Of a DNA stretch of 64,000 bases, positions 40,978 through 55,321 are shown in pieces. The DNA comes from the human T2T-CHM13v2.0 reference genome, Homo sapiens, in the NCBI RefSeq assembly GCF_009914755.1, contig NC_060925.1, one strand, 5' to 3'. Position numbers and translations under genes: made by a program. Every line of letters begins with the position of its first letter. Position 1 is the stretch's first letter. The notes below the pieces were generated by a model that saw only the letters and a list, made by a program, of their open reading frames with translations, had not been told where the DNA came from and searched no databases.

Positions 40978-43736
40978 CATTAGATCTTTTAACAGTTTAA
41001 ATCCTGTATTTAGCATTGCACCTAATTGTTATTAAGTTAAAAAGTTGTGGAAGATATTTAAAAATCCATTTTGCTGCACTGCTTTAGTGAAGTTTATTTA
41101 TAATCTCTGCTGTTTTAAATGTCTAATTTCACCCATTTGTAAAATTTATGAGCTGGTAAATATTTTTCAGAAATATACAATTATAGATCATTTAAAATAC
41201 CTTGTTTCTGTGCTGTTGATGTTATATAGTAGCTGCTTAACATTTAAATATATCCATAAGAACCTAAAATCATGGCGGTGTTTTAATGGTTAGGTGGTAG
41301 TGGTTAATGTTGTTAGTACTGTTTTTTACCTGATTGATTTGTATCTTGCCTTAATATGCTCTTGCTGTTGTTGTTTTCTAGTAATTATATTCATTCCTTT
41401 AGTAGTTTATCCAATTGAAAGTGAACAGAGTAGCTCACTGTAGCTAATGTCTGTCCAAGGCTTACATTTATCAAATTCGATCTGACTTTTTCTATGTATG
41501 CATTTGAAGCCAACTTACTAAAAGTAAAGTCCCTTGCCTTCATCCATGTTTTCTGCTTTTAGAAAGAAAGCTAATATTTTCTTTCTGACTTTAGCAAATG
41601 TGAAAATTACTTTTACCTGAAGCTAGAATTTGGACCAGAAAGGGAGCATAACAACTTTTGATTAAAAGAATTCCAGACAAATCTATTCCTGCTTGTCACC
41701 TGTCATTAAGTGGATTTAAGCCTCTGAAAGGTTGAAAATTGTTTTTCAGGGTGTTATTTAGGCTTTTATTATTGGAAGCGCTCTGATTATTCCATCTTTC
41801 GTACCCTTTTAAAAATGTAAATTGGGGGTTGACACTTTACTATTAATATATAGTTTCACTGTTGGCAAATGGAAAACAAATCTGAATGATTTTTCTTCGG
41901 CTAACTATCAAATTTTCCAAAGAGAAGAAGAAATATTTTTCACGAACGTGCTGAATAGCTTTCATCAAGCTTAATGGTGACAAAGAACATTATGTTTAGA
42001 CACTAGAAAGATAATACAAGGATATTAGTGTGAGAACAAATTTCAGGCCTATTACAAACAACTCCATGTAGAAGAGTTATGTGTAACATATAAAACCAAC
42101 TTAAAGGCTTTGGAGTAGGTCATAAAGCATTCACAAATGATGTCAAATATCTATGCAGATTAGAGATCATAGATGAAAAGATACAAAAGTAGAGAAAAGT
42201 TTGGGTAAGAGAATTAAAGCTCTAACTTTTCATGTGGCTTTCTGGAACTACAGCAGTACAGATTTTATTTTCATCTTATGTATACTTTATGAATTATTTA
42301 TTACTCTAATAAAATAACATAATTTTACAATTAAAAATCAGAGACAATTTCATAGGATTAAGATGTTGCTCTTAGATTGCATTTGGTTTTCATGAGCATT
42401 CTGATTTTGATGTGAATATTAGCTAGCCAACCAGGGCCTGACAAATACTGAAATATATTTAGTTCATTATGTAATGTGGAGTTGATTCAAATTTTGGCTT
42501 CTGTGTTGTAGGTATACATATGAATCACAACCTTTAACTTAAAGACTGATAAGTATGGTAAAGTGAAAATTTTTTTAAAATTTTATTGATCTATACCTGT
42601 TTTACACACACACACACACGCACTTACATGCACACACAATATTTTAATCTAAGTAAAAGGAGAGCAAGGAGTCTCCATGTCATCCTGTTGTTTCAGATCA
42701 TGTAAGATTCAGACGGCCTCCTAAGGAGTATCCCATAGTGTACCGAGACTTATATGGCAATATAACTGCTGGTGCTTTATATTTATATGAAATTGTGCCT
42801 CCCTTTTCTAATAATGCTTTTTCACTTAATCTGTTTGCATCATTTGGAAAGGTAGTTTTCCTTTTTTAAAATCAATTTCTCTAGTCTCTGATCTATATCT
42901 TTCTTCTGTTGTCTATTTCTTTAAATATAGGATATAAAATGACAATTTAAAACCTGACCTATTTTTTTAGTAATCCAGTGACACATGTTCAAATGGGATA
43001 TCTTGCATAAATTAATAATGGATATGTATTTGAAAAGAGGCAGTCATTAAAAACATGAAGATATTTTGTATGTTTTCTGTATTCCAAAGCATTTTAATAT
43101 GGAAAAAAAGAATAATAGATTCATCAAGCGTTGTCTCTCAGATCTCAGCCTGTGTGGGAGTCTTGACCTCATACCATTGATCTAAGCTATTGGGTGGCAA
43201 TTGGGAAGTTAAGAATATGCTGAATTATTTAAATATTCAAATTCACTCAGCAAAATAAATGCAAGGAGAATGAGAATTAGAGCATTTCGTTTAATTAATA
43301 TTTACTACATAGATACAGGGTGCTTGGCACAAAATCATGTGCTGTTTTGTACAGCGAATGTCCGTCTTAATGCAAAAATATTATATATGTTTTACTGGAT
43401 ATGAGCCTGGATTTACAGTTTCTGTTATAAGAAATGTCTTGTGAAATCTTATAAGCTCTCAAGAGATGTTTATAAGAGCATTGCTGGTAAGTTCACCATG
43501 AAAACATAGCCAGATTGACCTTTAGAGTTCAGGGTTAGTATACTGCTCCAGTAACATTTGCCTTGCTTTGCCTGGTTCTAAAACTTACACAAGCATCTCC
43601 TTCATTTCTGAATACTCACTGAATGAAAAGCAACTGAAGCCAGGGAAAGGTTATTTTTGACAGACTACTGTTCTACTATACTAGTATACTAGTATGCTGG
43701 TATACTAGTAGAATAGACTACTGTTCTACTGTAGAA

Positions 43737-43963
43737 CAGTAGTTGGGAAACTAAAACTTTACAAGCCAAATTTGCTCCACTATCTGTTTTTGAAAATAAA
43801 GCTTTATTGGAACAGTCACACCCATTTACTGTGTTTTCATGTTGTCTGTGTCCTTTCACACTACAATAACAGTGGTGAGGAGTTGCAATACAGCATATAG
43901 AGCTCTCAAAGCCAAACGTAGTTTGGTCTGGCCCTTTATAGAAAAAAAGTCTGCTGGTTCCTA
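43737..43963 (+). mobile_element. MER58A (hAT-Charlie) relic
   Basis: aaataaagctttattggaacagtcacaccc...tctggccctttatagaaaaaaagtctgctg. Confidence 0.8.
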
Positions 43964-44402
43964 TTGTAAAGAGTTATCCTTTTCATTTTGAGGAAGTAAA
44001 TTTTCATCAACCCACACATAAGACAAAAAAGACACACAGGCACTTCAATGTCTGATCTAAGCTTGCTGAATTTGGAGGAGCCACAGTATTTCTAGGAATC
44101 CGAAAAGATTAATAGAGCATGGGAAATTCCAAAGGACAGATTTGTTTTAGAAAAATGTGAAGTCTGTCCATCCTAGTTCTATTCACACAGTGAGTGTCAT
44201 TTTTTGAGTTGTTCTGACTTGAATGCTGTGTGTATACATGGAGCTTGAAATTCTTTTCTTCGGTTGTTTTCGCCTTGCTTTTTAGTAATATATTAGATTT
44301 ATTTTCAATTTCATGTATACTTTTTTCCACTAAATGAATAGTAGCATATAATATCTTCAGTGGCTGATTTTACTTTAACTCACAAATTCTTTCTCCTTCT
44401 TG

Positions 44403-44404
<2 letters not shown>

Positions 44405-44437
<33 letters not shown>
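44405..44437. repeat. (TA)n microsatellite
   Basis: About 16 uninterrupted AT units. Confidence 0.95.
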
Positions 44438-44438
<1 letters not shown>

Positions 44439-45777
44439 CCATATGTGTATATATATAATCACAAGAGTCTATATCTCTGCATCATTTAATAAAATAGATA
44501 AAATTCTTGACTATAAATTTCCTTGTCATCTCAAAGAAAAAAACAGCAGGTACCTTAGGGCAAACAGAACCCAGAAATAGTACAAAATGTTACATGTGAT
44601 GTGACAGAGGATGGTTGTGCCAAATCCCTCGTAAACATCTGCTACAATGAGAATGACCATTAATCTTTTATGTCCTCTCTTCCTTACTTATCTTCTACCC
44701 TTTAGGCAGTAGCAGTCTTTGGGGACTCAAATTCCTGAAGTTTCACAGAGAAGCAAATTACTTTGTGTAGATTTTATAAGCAGGCATCTCAATAATATTT
44801 ATTGAGTATACGCTTTGCACAAAACAAAATTCCAGAAGTTCTTGAGTACTTTTGAAAAATCTTGAATTATAGTTCCTGCCCTGGAGGGGATTATACTCTA
44901 AATGAAGTCTTAGAAAAATAAAAGCTCATTTTGAGAAGAAAAAAAAATTGACAACTTTGTTTCTGTAAAAGTTGTATAATTGGTTTGCCATTACATCAGA
45001 AACAATAATTAATGAGACAAAATTTAGGAAAAAAAAAGCAAAACAAAACTGTTAACAAGAAAGAGCATATATCATTAGGAAGGCCTTTCATATCCTGTCA
45101 TCACTAACTGCGAAGTCTATAAATTGATGATAGCAACAACAGAAGTTTTTAGCTCTTATGAAAATCACAGTTACATTTTCATAGAGAGTGATGAAGGAAA
45201 TGGCATATTCATGCTTTGTAGCTGTGGTCCAGAAGACAGCTTGAATCGTTACCAATGCTACTGTGCTGTATTAAGTGTAATTGAAGCATAGAAGGCAGAG
45301 ATGTTTGAAAGAGTCTTTTAAAATAATCTATAGTTCCTCCTAGGCTTTTCTAAATTGAAAACAACATGGTTACCACTTCATATTTGCCACTGAGTATTAG
45401 GGTCTTGTCTCTCAGAAAATGAGATAGCAGTTTGATGCCCATAAATCAAGAAGCATCTGTTTTAAAACAAATTATGATGACTTGGCGAGGGAGCTTAAAG
45501 GTATAGAGTATTGCATCAGAAATTACAGAACTAGTTGTGGCTCCCACATTTTCTTGGCATTCCAATACTGCATTTTTATGTGAATTTGAACACTGACAGT
45601 GTGTGTCTTAGGTCCCTTAGAAGAGATCTCTGCTTGGCTGTGTCTCCTGTGATCCATTCCACACACATACTCTCACTGTTGAATTCTCTACCTTTTCAGA
45701 AAGTCATTTGGAGGCACAAGTTATTTCTGCCTGTATGACCCCAAGTGGTCACATACGCTCTATGGAAAGCAGTAGTC

Positions 45778-46173
<396 letters not shown>

Positions 46174-46330
46174 TCAGAGTATACTTTCTATAAACACATT
46201 AACAAAGAATAAGATAGCCTCTGTTACAGCCTGGTACCTCTGTCAAAGCTTGAATTGTTTTAACATTTGGTTTCACCTGCCTATTATGATTGTTCAGTAC
46301 AAGCGGAGAAAATAATTCAAATTACACCTA

Positions 46331-47228
46331 AGGGTCAGCGTCATGGAAATGTGGCCTCTGCAACAAAACAGGGGCCCATGCTCAGATGGGTTCCATGCTT
46401 AGCTTAATATTCTACTATTTCACTCTTGAAATTTTTAATAACTTTACCTTTGAACTTGTGCTTTGTAATTGAGGTCTGAAGGGACAAGAGACTTGTGCAA
46501 TATGTATGTCCATTGTTTCTAGATTCCCATTCTTTTACAGCATCCCCAGTGCTACCATAAACCTAAGATGCTGGTGAATCCATAGTGCATGGGAATTTAG
46601 AGGGACTCAAACCCAGTAAAAGGCGTGCTGTTACATATATGTCTAAGTAAGCAGGGACGCTGACAACCCTGAGAGTCCTCACTTTCCATTCAAACTAGAA
46701 CTTGCTTCAAACACAGAAAGAAGGCAATATTGATCTAAGAAACACAAATAACTGAGAACCCCATTATAGCCTTTCTTGCTAATGCTACTTTGTCTATTAC
46801 CCTGCCATTTGCACTAAAAGTCATGACAGAAAGGGAACAATAGGGCAACCCAGAATCCGTTTTAATTTCAGTCTTTCTTTATTAAGCGTGCAACAGGTAG
46901 AGAATGTAAATACTCACCTATCGGACAGTAAAATGAAAACAGTTGAGATAGTTTTGTGCAGCATTTCCACTATTCTTTTAAGAACTAAATACATGTTTAT
47001 GCACAAATAATGAAATATGAATTATACAATTTTGGTGATTCTTATGCAAGTCAAAAGCCTTTATATTTTCATTTAAAATTGGCATTGTGCCATACAACAA
47101 TGAATGATACAATTCATGTAACAATTTAAAATTTCAGCTTTACTAGAGTGAATTAAAAAGCAAAGAGAAAACACTACAAGAAACTGAGAGAAAGAATTTG
47201 AAAGAAAAGAGAAAGCCTTATATTTTGT
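46331..47228 (+). mobile_element. MER45B-like (hAT-Tip100) relic
   Basis: gggtcagcgtcatgg...gggcccatgctcagatggg...cttgaaatttttaataa...gaacttgcttcaaacacagaaagaaggcaat. Confidence 0.8.
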
Positions 47229-48105
47229 GCATGCACATGTTCTTAAATATAATTATACTATTTCAGTTATCAACATGTCACAAAATAAAATTTATCCAAA
47301 TTATTACACAGTCTTTTTAATAATTATTTTTAGTGGTCACAAAAAATTATTTGAATAGGTATACTATAATTAACTCAATCATACACTATATATTTTTGGA
47401 TATGTAAATTATTTAAATTATGCAAAATAACATACTGTTGTGTAATTTATCATTTATTAAACAAATATTTTATATGTAAAGATTTATACTTAAGTAATTT
47501 TTCAACATATTGTAGCAGACATGTCCTCAATATTCAAATTATAGTAAACAAAATTTAGCAGATACAGACTGACATCTGAATTGAAATTAATATGCCACTT
47601 CTTTGGTTAACCACCACACAGACTTACAATATTAAATTAGGCCATCCTATTATATAATCTGGTTTCCATATTAGAATTAAGGTCAGGAGATTCTCTGCAT
47701 GCATTTGAATAGAGTCTTTTTTAAAAAAAATACAGCATTAAAAAATTAAAAAGAAAAGAAATTGAAGCTCTTACTACAGCTGCTGTGACATTTAATTTTA
47801 ACACCAAATTTTAGAACTTTAAATGTTTTGAAATGTAGTAAAAAATCATTAAGTCACTGAAGAAGGGGCTTTTTGGGTGCATAATAGCAGCTAAATGGCA
47901 ATCGTAATATTTCTTAATATACATATCTCGCTCATTTGTGCTTTTAATAGTAAAATGTAAATAGCTCTAACAGCTCTATTACTTTTTTGATCCTAAAAGT
48001 GATGTCCCTTTGAAGAAAAATATATATAAATGTGTATGTACATATACACATATGTATATATGTATACGTGTATATATAAAATAATAAGAAAAAAGACGAT
48101 TGAAG

Positions 48106-48107
<2 letters not shown>

Positions 48108-48137
<30 letters not shown>
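48108..48137. repeat. (CA)n microsatellite, next to a TA/TG-rich tract at 48020-48080
   Basis: About 14 CA units. Confidence 0.95.
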
Positions 48138-48139
<2 letters not shown>

Positions 48140-48640
48140 AAACTTTTACTATTGCAACTAACCCTGGTCTCTGAATCTGTTTCCTACAGAGAAATTCAGA
48201 AAGTAAACTTCTTATTGGAAGTCAAAGGAATGATTTTTATCATATATACATATATCTGTTTTAATACACATACTTAGAGTTGTCAAAATATGATTTCAAA
48301 ACATGACTTTCATACAAATATGTAGTAACCCTATACCAAACTGTCTTTAAGTCATTAATGAAGGACCAAGAAGAATGGTAAAGCTGGCCTAAAGAGTGTT
48401 TGAAAAACATTTATTTATATAGTCCCTCATGAAAGACCTCAAGTAAGTTTGTTATATTGGAGACAAGACTGGTCAATGTACTTACTGTTAGCTAATAAAA
48501 ATATAACAGTTAGGGTTACCTTTTCTACCAGATAGAAATAATGTGCCTTTTTATAGAATAAAAATCTATGAATTAACATGCAACTTCCTAGAATTTAGGT
48601 GCTAATGTAAATTGCAAATCAGATGAAAATATATTCTAGA

Positions 48641-49050
48641 CCATGGATTGACAAACCTTTTTCATAAAGGCCAGATAGTAAATATTTTGCCTTTTCCGGC
48701 CACAGCCTCCTTGTATATTCTTCATTTTGTTTTTCTGTTTCTTTAATTTTATTTTACTGTGGTAAGAACATTTCATGTGAGATCTACCCTCCTAACAACT
48801 TTTTAAGTGTAAAATGCAGTACTGTTTACTATGAGTACAATGTTGTACAGCAGATCTCTAGATTGTACTTGTCTATCTTCACTGAAACTTTATACTCATT
48901 GATTAGTAACTCCCCATTTTCCCTTTTCCTGAGACCCTGTTTATTTCATCTTTTGCGACACTTAAAAAATGTAAAATACATTCTCAGCTTGAAGATCATA
49001 AACAAATAGGCCATGAATTTGGCTGACATACCATAGTTTGCAAACACCTG
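48641..49050. mobile_element. MER58-family relic interrupted by an antisense L1MA/MB 3' end (~48740-48938)
   Basis: gacaaacctttttcataaaggccagatagtaaatatttt ... ccatagtttgcaaacacctg. Insert: gtggtaagaacatttcatgtgagatctaccctc. Confidence 0.75.
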
Positions 49051-51471
49051 TTCTATTGATAATCCTTGGATAAGCTGGTTAGACAATGCCCAATGTGATA
49101 TTCAAAGAACATTTGGCCATTCTATTGTCTTGCTTCCATATTTTGAATAAATGTTCTTAACAATCTTTAACTGTTATTTTACATAATTTCCAAATATGTT
49201 CACAAAAATGGTTAATCTCCTTTTTTGGTCGGTCTAAATAATTTACACAGGCACAGTGCAAATGTTAGCCATACAAGCCTCTGCGTTGTATAGTTAACAA
49301 AATCTAGACCCATCTGACCTTGAGCAATGATTAAGGCAGAGAGTTACTTTTCTTTTTCTTTTTTTAAAAGTTTTTTTGGATACATGGTGGGTTTAGAGAG
49401 TTACTTTTCATTTGAAAATTTTATAGAGAACCTAGGATTGCATTTTCAATATTTTCTATTATTCCAGAGATTTCTTTTTAATCACTCTTATTGGCTTTTT
49501 ATTTTGGAGTCTCAGAAACCAATCCCCCAAAAATTCACCTCTACAGATTTCACTAGCAGTATATATAAATAAGGTTAAATTCTTTTCCCCTCAAGGTCTC
49601 CCAAGGTCCTGGTTTCCAGCCTGCTAGGAAGTGAACTTCCACATTATTACCTGTAAGGCTTGGAACCCATAAACCATAGAACAGTTATCAGGCCTGTTTC
49701 TGAGAAATTCTGTGTAGAAATTAATTCCATATATAAAGTACAATATTTTTTCTTAATTGTAAGATTATAATATGTGATCAGGTAAAGCACAAAACTTCAG
49801 TAATGATTTTGGATATACATTCTGTGCAATTATAGTCTTGCAAAAAGGATGACAAATTTTTATTAAGCCTACAAAAATAACTACATTGCCATTGAAAAGA
49901 AAGAAACTTAGTAAAAGTATTGTTTGTAAATTCCGAAAGGAGAGGGAAAAGTATGTTATTTAAATACACTTTATCACTTTGCAAAAGCATAGTCTATTAC
50001 ATCCAGGGCTAGAAATTGATCAAAAAGAAAGGCTTCCTTATCTATTTATCAAAATAGAACAGTAAACATAGTAGTAATAATATCGTCATACTTCCAATAA
50101 AAAGTAACCAAAATTGAATTTCCTTCATTGGTTCATTCAGTTCTTAATTATTTCTTATTCTTACTGGATCTTGAGTCATCAGGCTGCATTCTTGAGTCAT
50201 CTGGTTCTCAAATAGAGAAGAGAAAATCATGACTCAGTTCCCAGTATAGACTGACAGTTTTCTAAGCAGTATCAACTCAAAATCCCATACACATGAATTT
50301 TTCCCTTGATGTCACAGTAGTTAAGAATACTTGGCACAGTTCTTTTTGTTCTACAAAGGCTTAATACTGTCCTTTGTTGAACATCCAACAAATTCTGTGG
50401 CTCTTGAGCCTTCTGTTAAGCATGAGAGGGGAGTAGAAGCAACCTGTTGATGTTGATGATGATGATGTTGACTGAATACGACTTGTCTCGTTACAGTAAT
50501 CAACAATATCAGAGTGGAGGGGATGATTCTTTTGGGGTGAAGTAAATAACTCCTTTCAAAGGAATTGATCAGTTCTTAACACTGAGGGCAAGAACATATT
50601 ATAAATAGTAAGAGCATTCATACGTTTCCTGGGAAATCCAATATATCTTGTAAAAAACATCATCTTTAAAACATATTTATTTTAATAATTTTTATTTGTA
50701 TAGAATTAGCCTAAGAAAGGCTAAACTTTACTTTTCATTTGACACCTTTCTCTTGTAGATCTTACAATAATATTGAGCTAATTAATAAGAAGCATATAAA
50801 ACAAATCTAATTATTTCTAGCATCTTCCTCTTTTTGAAGTGAAAGAAAAAATGATCATAATGTTTGCAAAGGCTATCTGGGAAACTGCAAAGATAATCTT
50901 GAGTATAAAAGACATCTTGAAAATTATACTTTTTTCTGAATTTAAGATGTAATCTTGGGATCATAAAATCAAAATAATTTTCAAATAAGCTATGGCCATT
51001 TGATTAAGATAGACATGTAGATACTTGAGAACAATAAATAGTGTTAGCTTAACTACTTATAAGTCAAAGGCAAAATGTAATATTTTTAAGAACATATAAA
51101 AGAAGATAACACAAAAATAATAGCTTTTTCTGAAGAAATACTTATTTTTTTTTAAAAAAATCAAGAATTAAGTCAATTCAGTTTGAACCACAGAAAATTA
51201 TCCTAGCAAAATATAGAATCTCTATTACATGGGAAGATAATCCAAAAAGTAAAAATTACTTGTTATTACTATTTGTTAAGAGCAGACTAAATACTCTAAG
51301 ACCAATTAGTTATTTTATCCTTCAAAAAACCAAAATTTTAGTTCTTCTTTAATATAACTTTTAGCAGTAGAGAATATACAATTTTTAAAATGGGCGAACC
51401 CCTAAAACTGAGTCAGATTTGATGTTTTAATATGTTTCATTGTTTCTTTTCAGATACATACCTATGGGAAT

Positions 51472-52228
51472 TGTGATTCAATTTTCTGGGGCTGCCATAA
51501 CATATTACTGCAACAAGTGGCTTAAATCAACAGAAATTTATTGTCTCTCAGTTCTAGAGACAAGCAGTCTGCAGGCAGGGCGGTGCTCCCTCCAAAGCCT
51601 TTAGGGGAGGATCATTCCTTGCCTCTTCTAGCTTTCGGTAGCCTCAGGCATTCTTCAGCCGTGGCAGCATAACTCCCATCTTTGCTTCCATGGTTTACAT
51701 GTTCATCTTCCTCCCTCTGTCTCTGTGTCTTCACGTGGTGTTTTTTTCTCTGTATCTCTCTCCTCTTCTTATATGGCTCTAATAATATTGAATTATGGCC
51801 CTTTATAATACCTCATCTTTATTTACTTGATTATATCTGCAAAAGCTCTATTTCCAAATAAGTTGACATTCACAGGTACTGTGGACCATGATTCTCATAT
51901 ATATTTATAACTTCCCCCAGCCCCCTGCCCGAGACGGAGTCTTGCTCTGGAGTATAATGGCACAACCTCGGGTCACGCAATCTCCACCTCCCAGGTTCAA
52001 GCAATTGTCCTGCCTCAGCCTCTGGAGTAGCTGGGATTACAGACACACGACACCACACCCGGCTAATTTTTGTATTTTTAGTAAAGACGTGTTGGCCAGG
52101 CTGGTCTTGAACTCCTGACCTCATGATCCACCTGCCTCGGCCTCCCAAAGTTCTGCGATTACAGGTGTGAGCCACTGTGCCCAGCTTTAATATATATATA
52201 TTTTTAAGACAAAGCTCAATTCATAATA
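51472..52228 (-). mobile_element. MLT1B/C MaLR LTR with an Alu inserted near its end
   Basis: gggctgccataaca...ggcttaaatcaacagaaatttattgtctctcagttct...ctatttccaaataagttgacattcacaggtact. Confidence 0.85.
51910..52185 (-). mobile_element. AluSg-like with two internal microdeletions and an atypical G-rich tail
   Basis: ctgacctcatgatcc diagnostic. The tail position reads cttcccccagccccctgccc on the plus strand. Confidence 0.85.
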
Positions 52229-55200
52229 AATTATAAAACAAGACAAAAAAAAATTCACTTCCTTCAAACAAGTTACAGATTGTATTACCAACTTAAATTT
52301 TGTCCTGTGCAATAGCCTTTCTTATTCTGAAAACAAGCTGACATTTTATTTTAGGGCAAAATGACTTTTTCTTTATCCCCCAAGGTGGAGAAAGAGGAGG
52401 AGACAGGGAAGAGAGGAACACATTCATTACTTTCAGTTGTATTTTGTTGCCACTATCATTCCTAGAATAGACTCAGCTACTATATTAATTCTAACTCTTA
52501 AGCAAATTAATTTCTATTTCACAGTGAAAATTAAGAAGTAGGCCATTGAAAACTACATGTTAATATACAAATATTTGAATGTATGAACAAAGTTCACAAA
52601 CATACATAGGAGAAGCTTCTACAGCTCGAATAATTTCTTTAACACTTTCTTGAATGAATGAACATCTTCGTAAACATGAACGGGAGATATAGTTATTCAA
52701 TGAAATATTAGATGAGAATTCTAAATTTTTTCTTAGGAAAAGTAAGAAAAAAAATCCAGGTGTTCCAAGATTGTCATTAATTCAATTTAATTTTGTCCCA
52801 GGATTTTAAATTAATCAAGAATCTGAAAATTATGTTTAAGCTGGCATACTAGAGAGCATAATCACAGATGATATTTTAAAAGTCTGGCTGGAATTACAAT
52901 TTAATATATTGGCACAGTATTATACATTGTTCATAATCTTAAACATTAATGTAGGAGTATCACTAGCTTACATGATCTGTATACCAATATAAGAAGTTTA
53001 GAAAGTTCATATTCATTAATCTTTTTATGAGAAAGAAACCCAAAATATATTTAAAATGTGATGTATTCTTGTATAGTTATGCAAATAAATAAAATCAGAG
53101 AAAGAACAAAGTATTTTTTAACCAAAATTATAGATTTTCTGATTTTCGCCAGGGATTCACCTTGATCATGTAAACATAGATTTTTATATAAATCGATTCT
53201 GAGTTAGTAGATTTTGAAGGAAGTTTGTTTTGTTTGTTTGTTTGTCTGTTTGTTTATTCAAGAATAACACTTCAAAATGTGAGGTTTTCTTCCCTTTCCA
53301 TCCCTGGAAATCTTCTGTTCCTTATTATTATTTATTATTTATTACTTTTTTCTATAAGAAGTAAAAATAAAGCTTTTTTAATTTAAGAGACATTATATAA
53401 TCTTGTGTACACTTATGAAGCATAAAAATATTTCTGATTCATAGAATAAATGGTAAAGCCTTTCTCAGTTTTGGATGCTGAGACACAGAGAACTTGCAAC
53501 TTTGGTATGTGCTGTGACCAGGGTCAAATCTAAACAGAACATAAAAGCTTATAGGTTCAGATCTCAGGGTATTTGTCCTTTACAATGAGCATAAAATATT
53601 TTATTAATTGACCAAAACTCACTATAGACAAAGAGCAAAACAAAGAAAAAGACTAACAAGCAACACTCTTTCATTTCCAACCTTACAGAGATTCTCATTA
53701 TCCCACCAGAGATCGGATTGTAAAATTTGATCCTCAACCATTGCTGTTCCTGATGGGGAAAAATGTCTTAACATAAGCAAACCAGAATAAGAGCTAGAAG
53801 CAAAAATAAAACCACAGAGTGAGAGAGAGGGAGTGATTGAAAAATAGAGAGAAAGACAGAGACTTATTGAAGGTAAATTTCTATTGTACCTTAGGAATTA
53901 ATCCAGAGTCCCAAGGAGGGGAGGTAGAATACACCCAGGGATTTTACAAATCATAAAGTGCAAGGTGCATTTCTTTAGACATAAAGTTTAATTGCCTCAA
54001 GCAAAAGAGTCTACTTGAACGTTTCTTTGGAATCTCCAAAACTGTCAAGGTATAATTTTCATTGCTAAAATCATGACTCTCATACAGATATACAGTGAAC
54101 ACATATCAAAGATATATTCAACTAATTAATGAGGAATCCAGTAGAATAGTAACGTTGATTCAGAGCATTTGAAGCAGAAGAAATTTTATAGCTACTTAGA
54201 AAAGTCATGCTGAAATAAATTTGGTAAGTTAGAAACAAAACTGTTTCATGTCCAATAGGTCAATATAACTGTACATTTTGTGTTTATCTTTTCTATCAGA
54301 CAGAAATCATTTGCTTCTCCTCTGGGCAACATTATACAAGTTAATACTAACCTTTACAAATTTGGGGCATAAATTAATAGTAAATAGCAAGTTAAAGGTC
54401 CATTCCCCAGTGAATTAAATAGTACTGAGTGGGCCTGTTATACAATGCTATAATGTTAAATGGACACACAGCCATTTTCTGCTTTATTTTCATGTCTGGA
54501 TTATTTTTCTTAACAGATCTTTGGGACTTACTGTAGAAAGTATTTGTCAGCTCTTCCCTATTAATTGAAATAACATAAATAAATCAAATTTGAGATGTTT
54601 CTCTAAGAATAAGAGAATAAATAAGTCTCAGAGCCTTGGATATTGATAAAGAGATTACTGTGTAAGTGTTTACTATGCATGATTTATAGTATTTTATACT
54701 GTTATTTGAGTTTCATTTTTCTTTCACTGTTTTACATATGGTCTCACAGCTGATTATAGATTTAAGTGTTAGTACATGGCAATGAAAATAATTTTTAAAA
54801 TGACAGTATATAAGAAAATCTTCATTTAATAAATATACTTGTTAGTTTTGAAAACAAATATGACAACACTGAAGAGGGTATGTTATCAGTATTCTGAAAT
54901 GATTTTGTTAACAATAGTCACATAAGTTTTCATTCTGTGTCTTAATTGTAGATATATAACTTTTAAAGAATAATTTATATCAATACAATGCAAACAGTAA
55001 TAATAAAAATGACATTTATGCTTTCTGTGAACAGAATAGGTAGTAGAATTCTGACAGGGTTTAGGCAAATAGATTTCTCATCTTATTTTGCATCCAGACC
55101 TAGGTGCAGGGTTACTAGAAATATTGATCCTAGAGGGAGGAACTGAAACCAGAAAAGAGCATGTCTCTTGAAATGTGCAGTTCCTGAGTCTCTCTGAGGT

Positions 55201-55321
55201 AGCTTCTGTTTCATCTGCAGGTAGTTTTCAGGCATGTGTCCAAATTTTAAGTGTTCTACATCATACATTCCAAGAGGGAATAAATGTTGTATCTTTCATT
55301 TGTATCTAATGGTTATTTTAC

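Larger units (their letters stand above)
49500..53750 (-). mobile_element. Degraded MER4-group ERV1 internal sequence (boundaries uncertain)
   Basis: gcctgctaggaagtgaacttcc...ttacctgtaaggcttggaaccc resembles the conserved MER4-group internal block. AT-rich continuation; no LTR recognised. Confidence 0.5.

Noticed and set aside
54382-54396. aaatagcaagttaaa matches part of the SpCas9 sgRNA scaffold
   Set aside because: Only a 15-nt AT-rich match with non-matching flanks, so best explained as chance.
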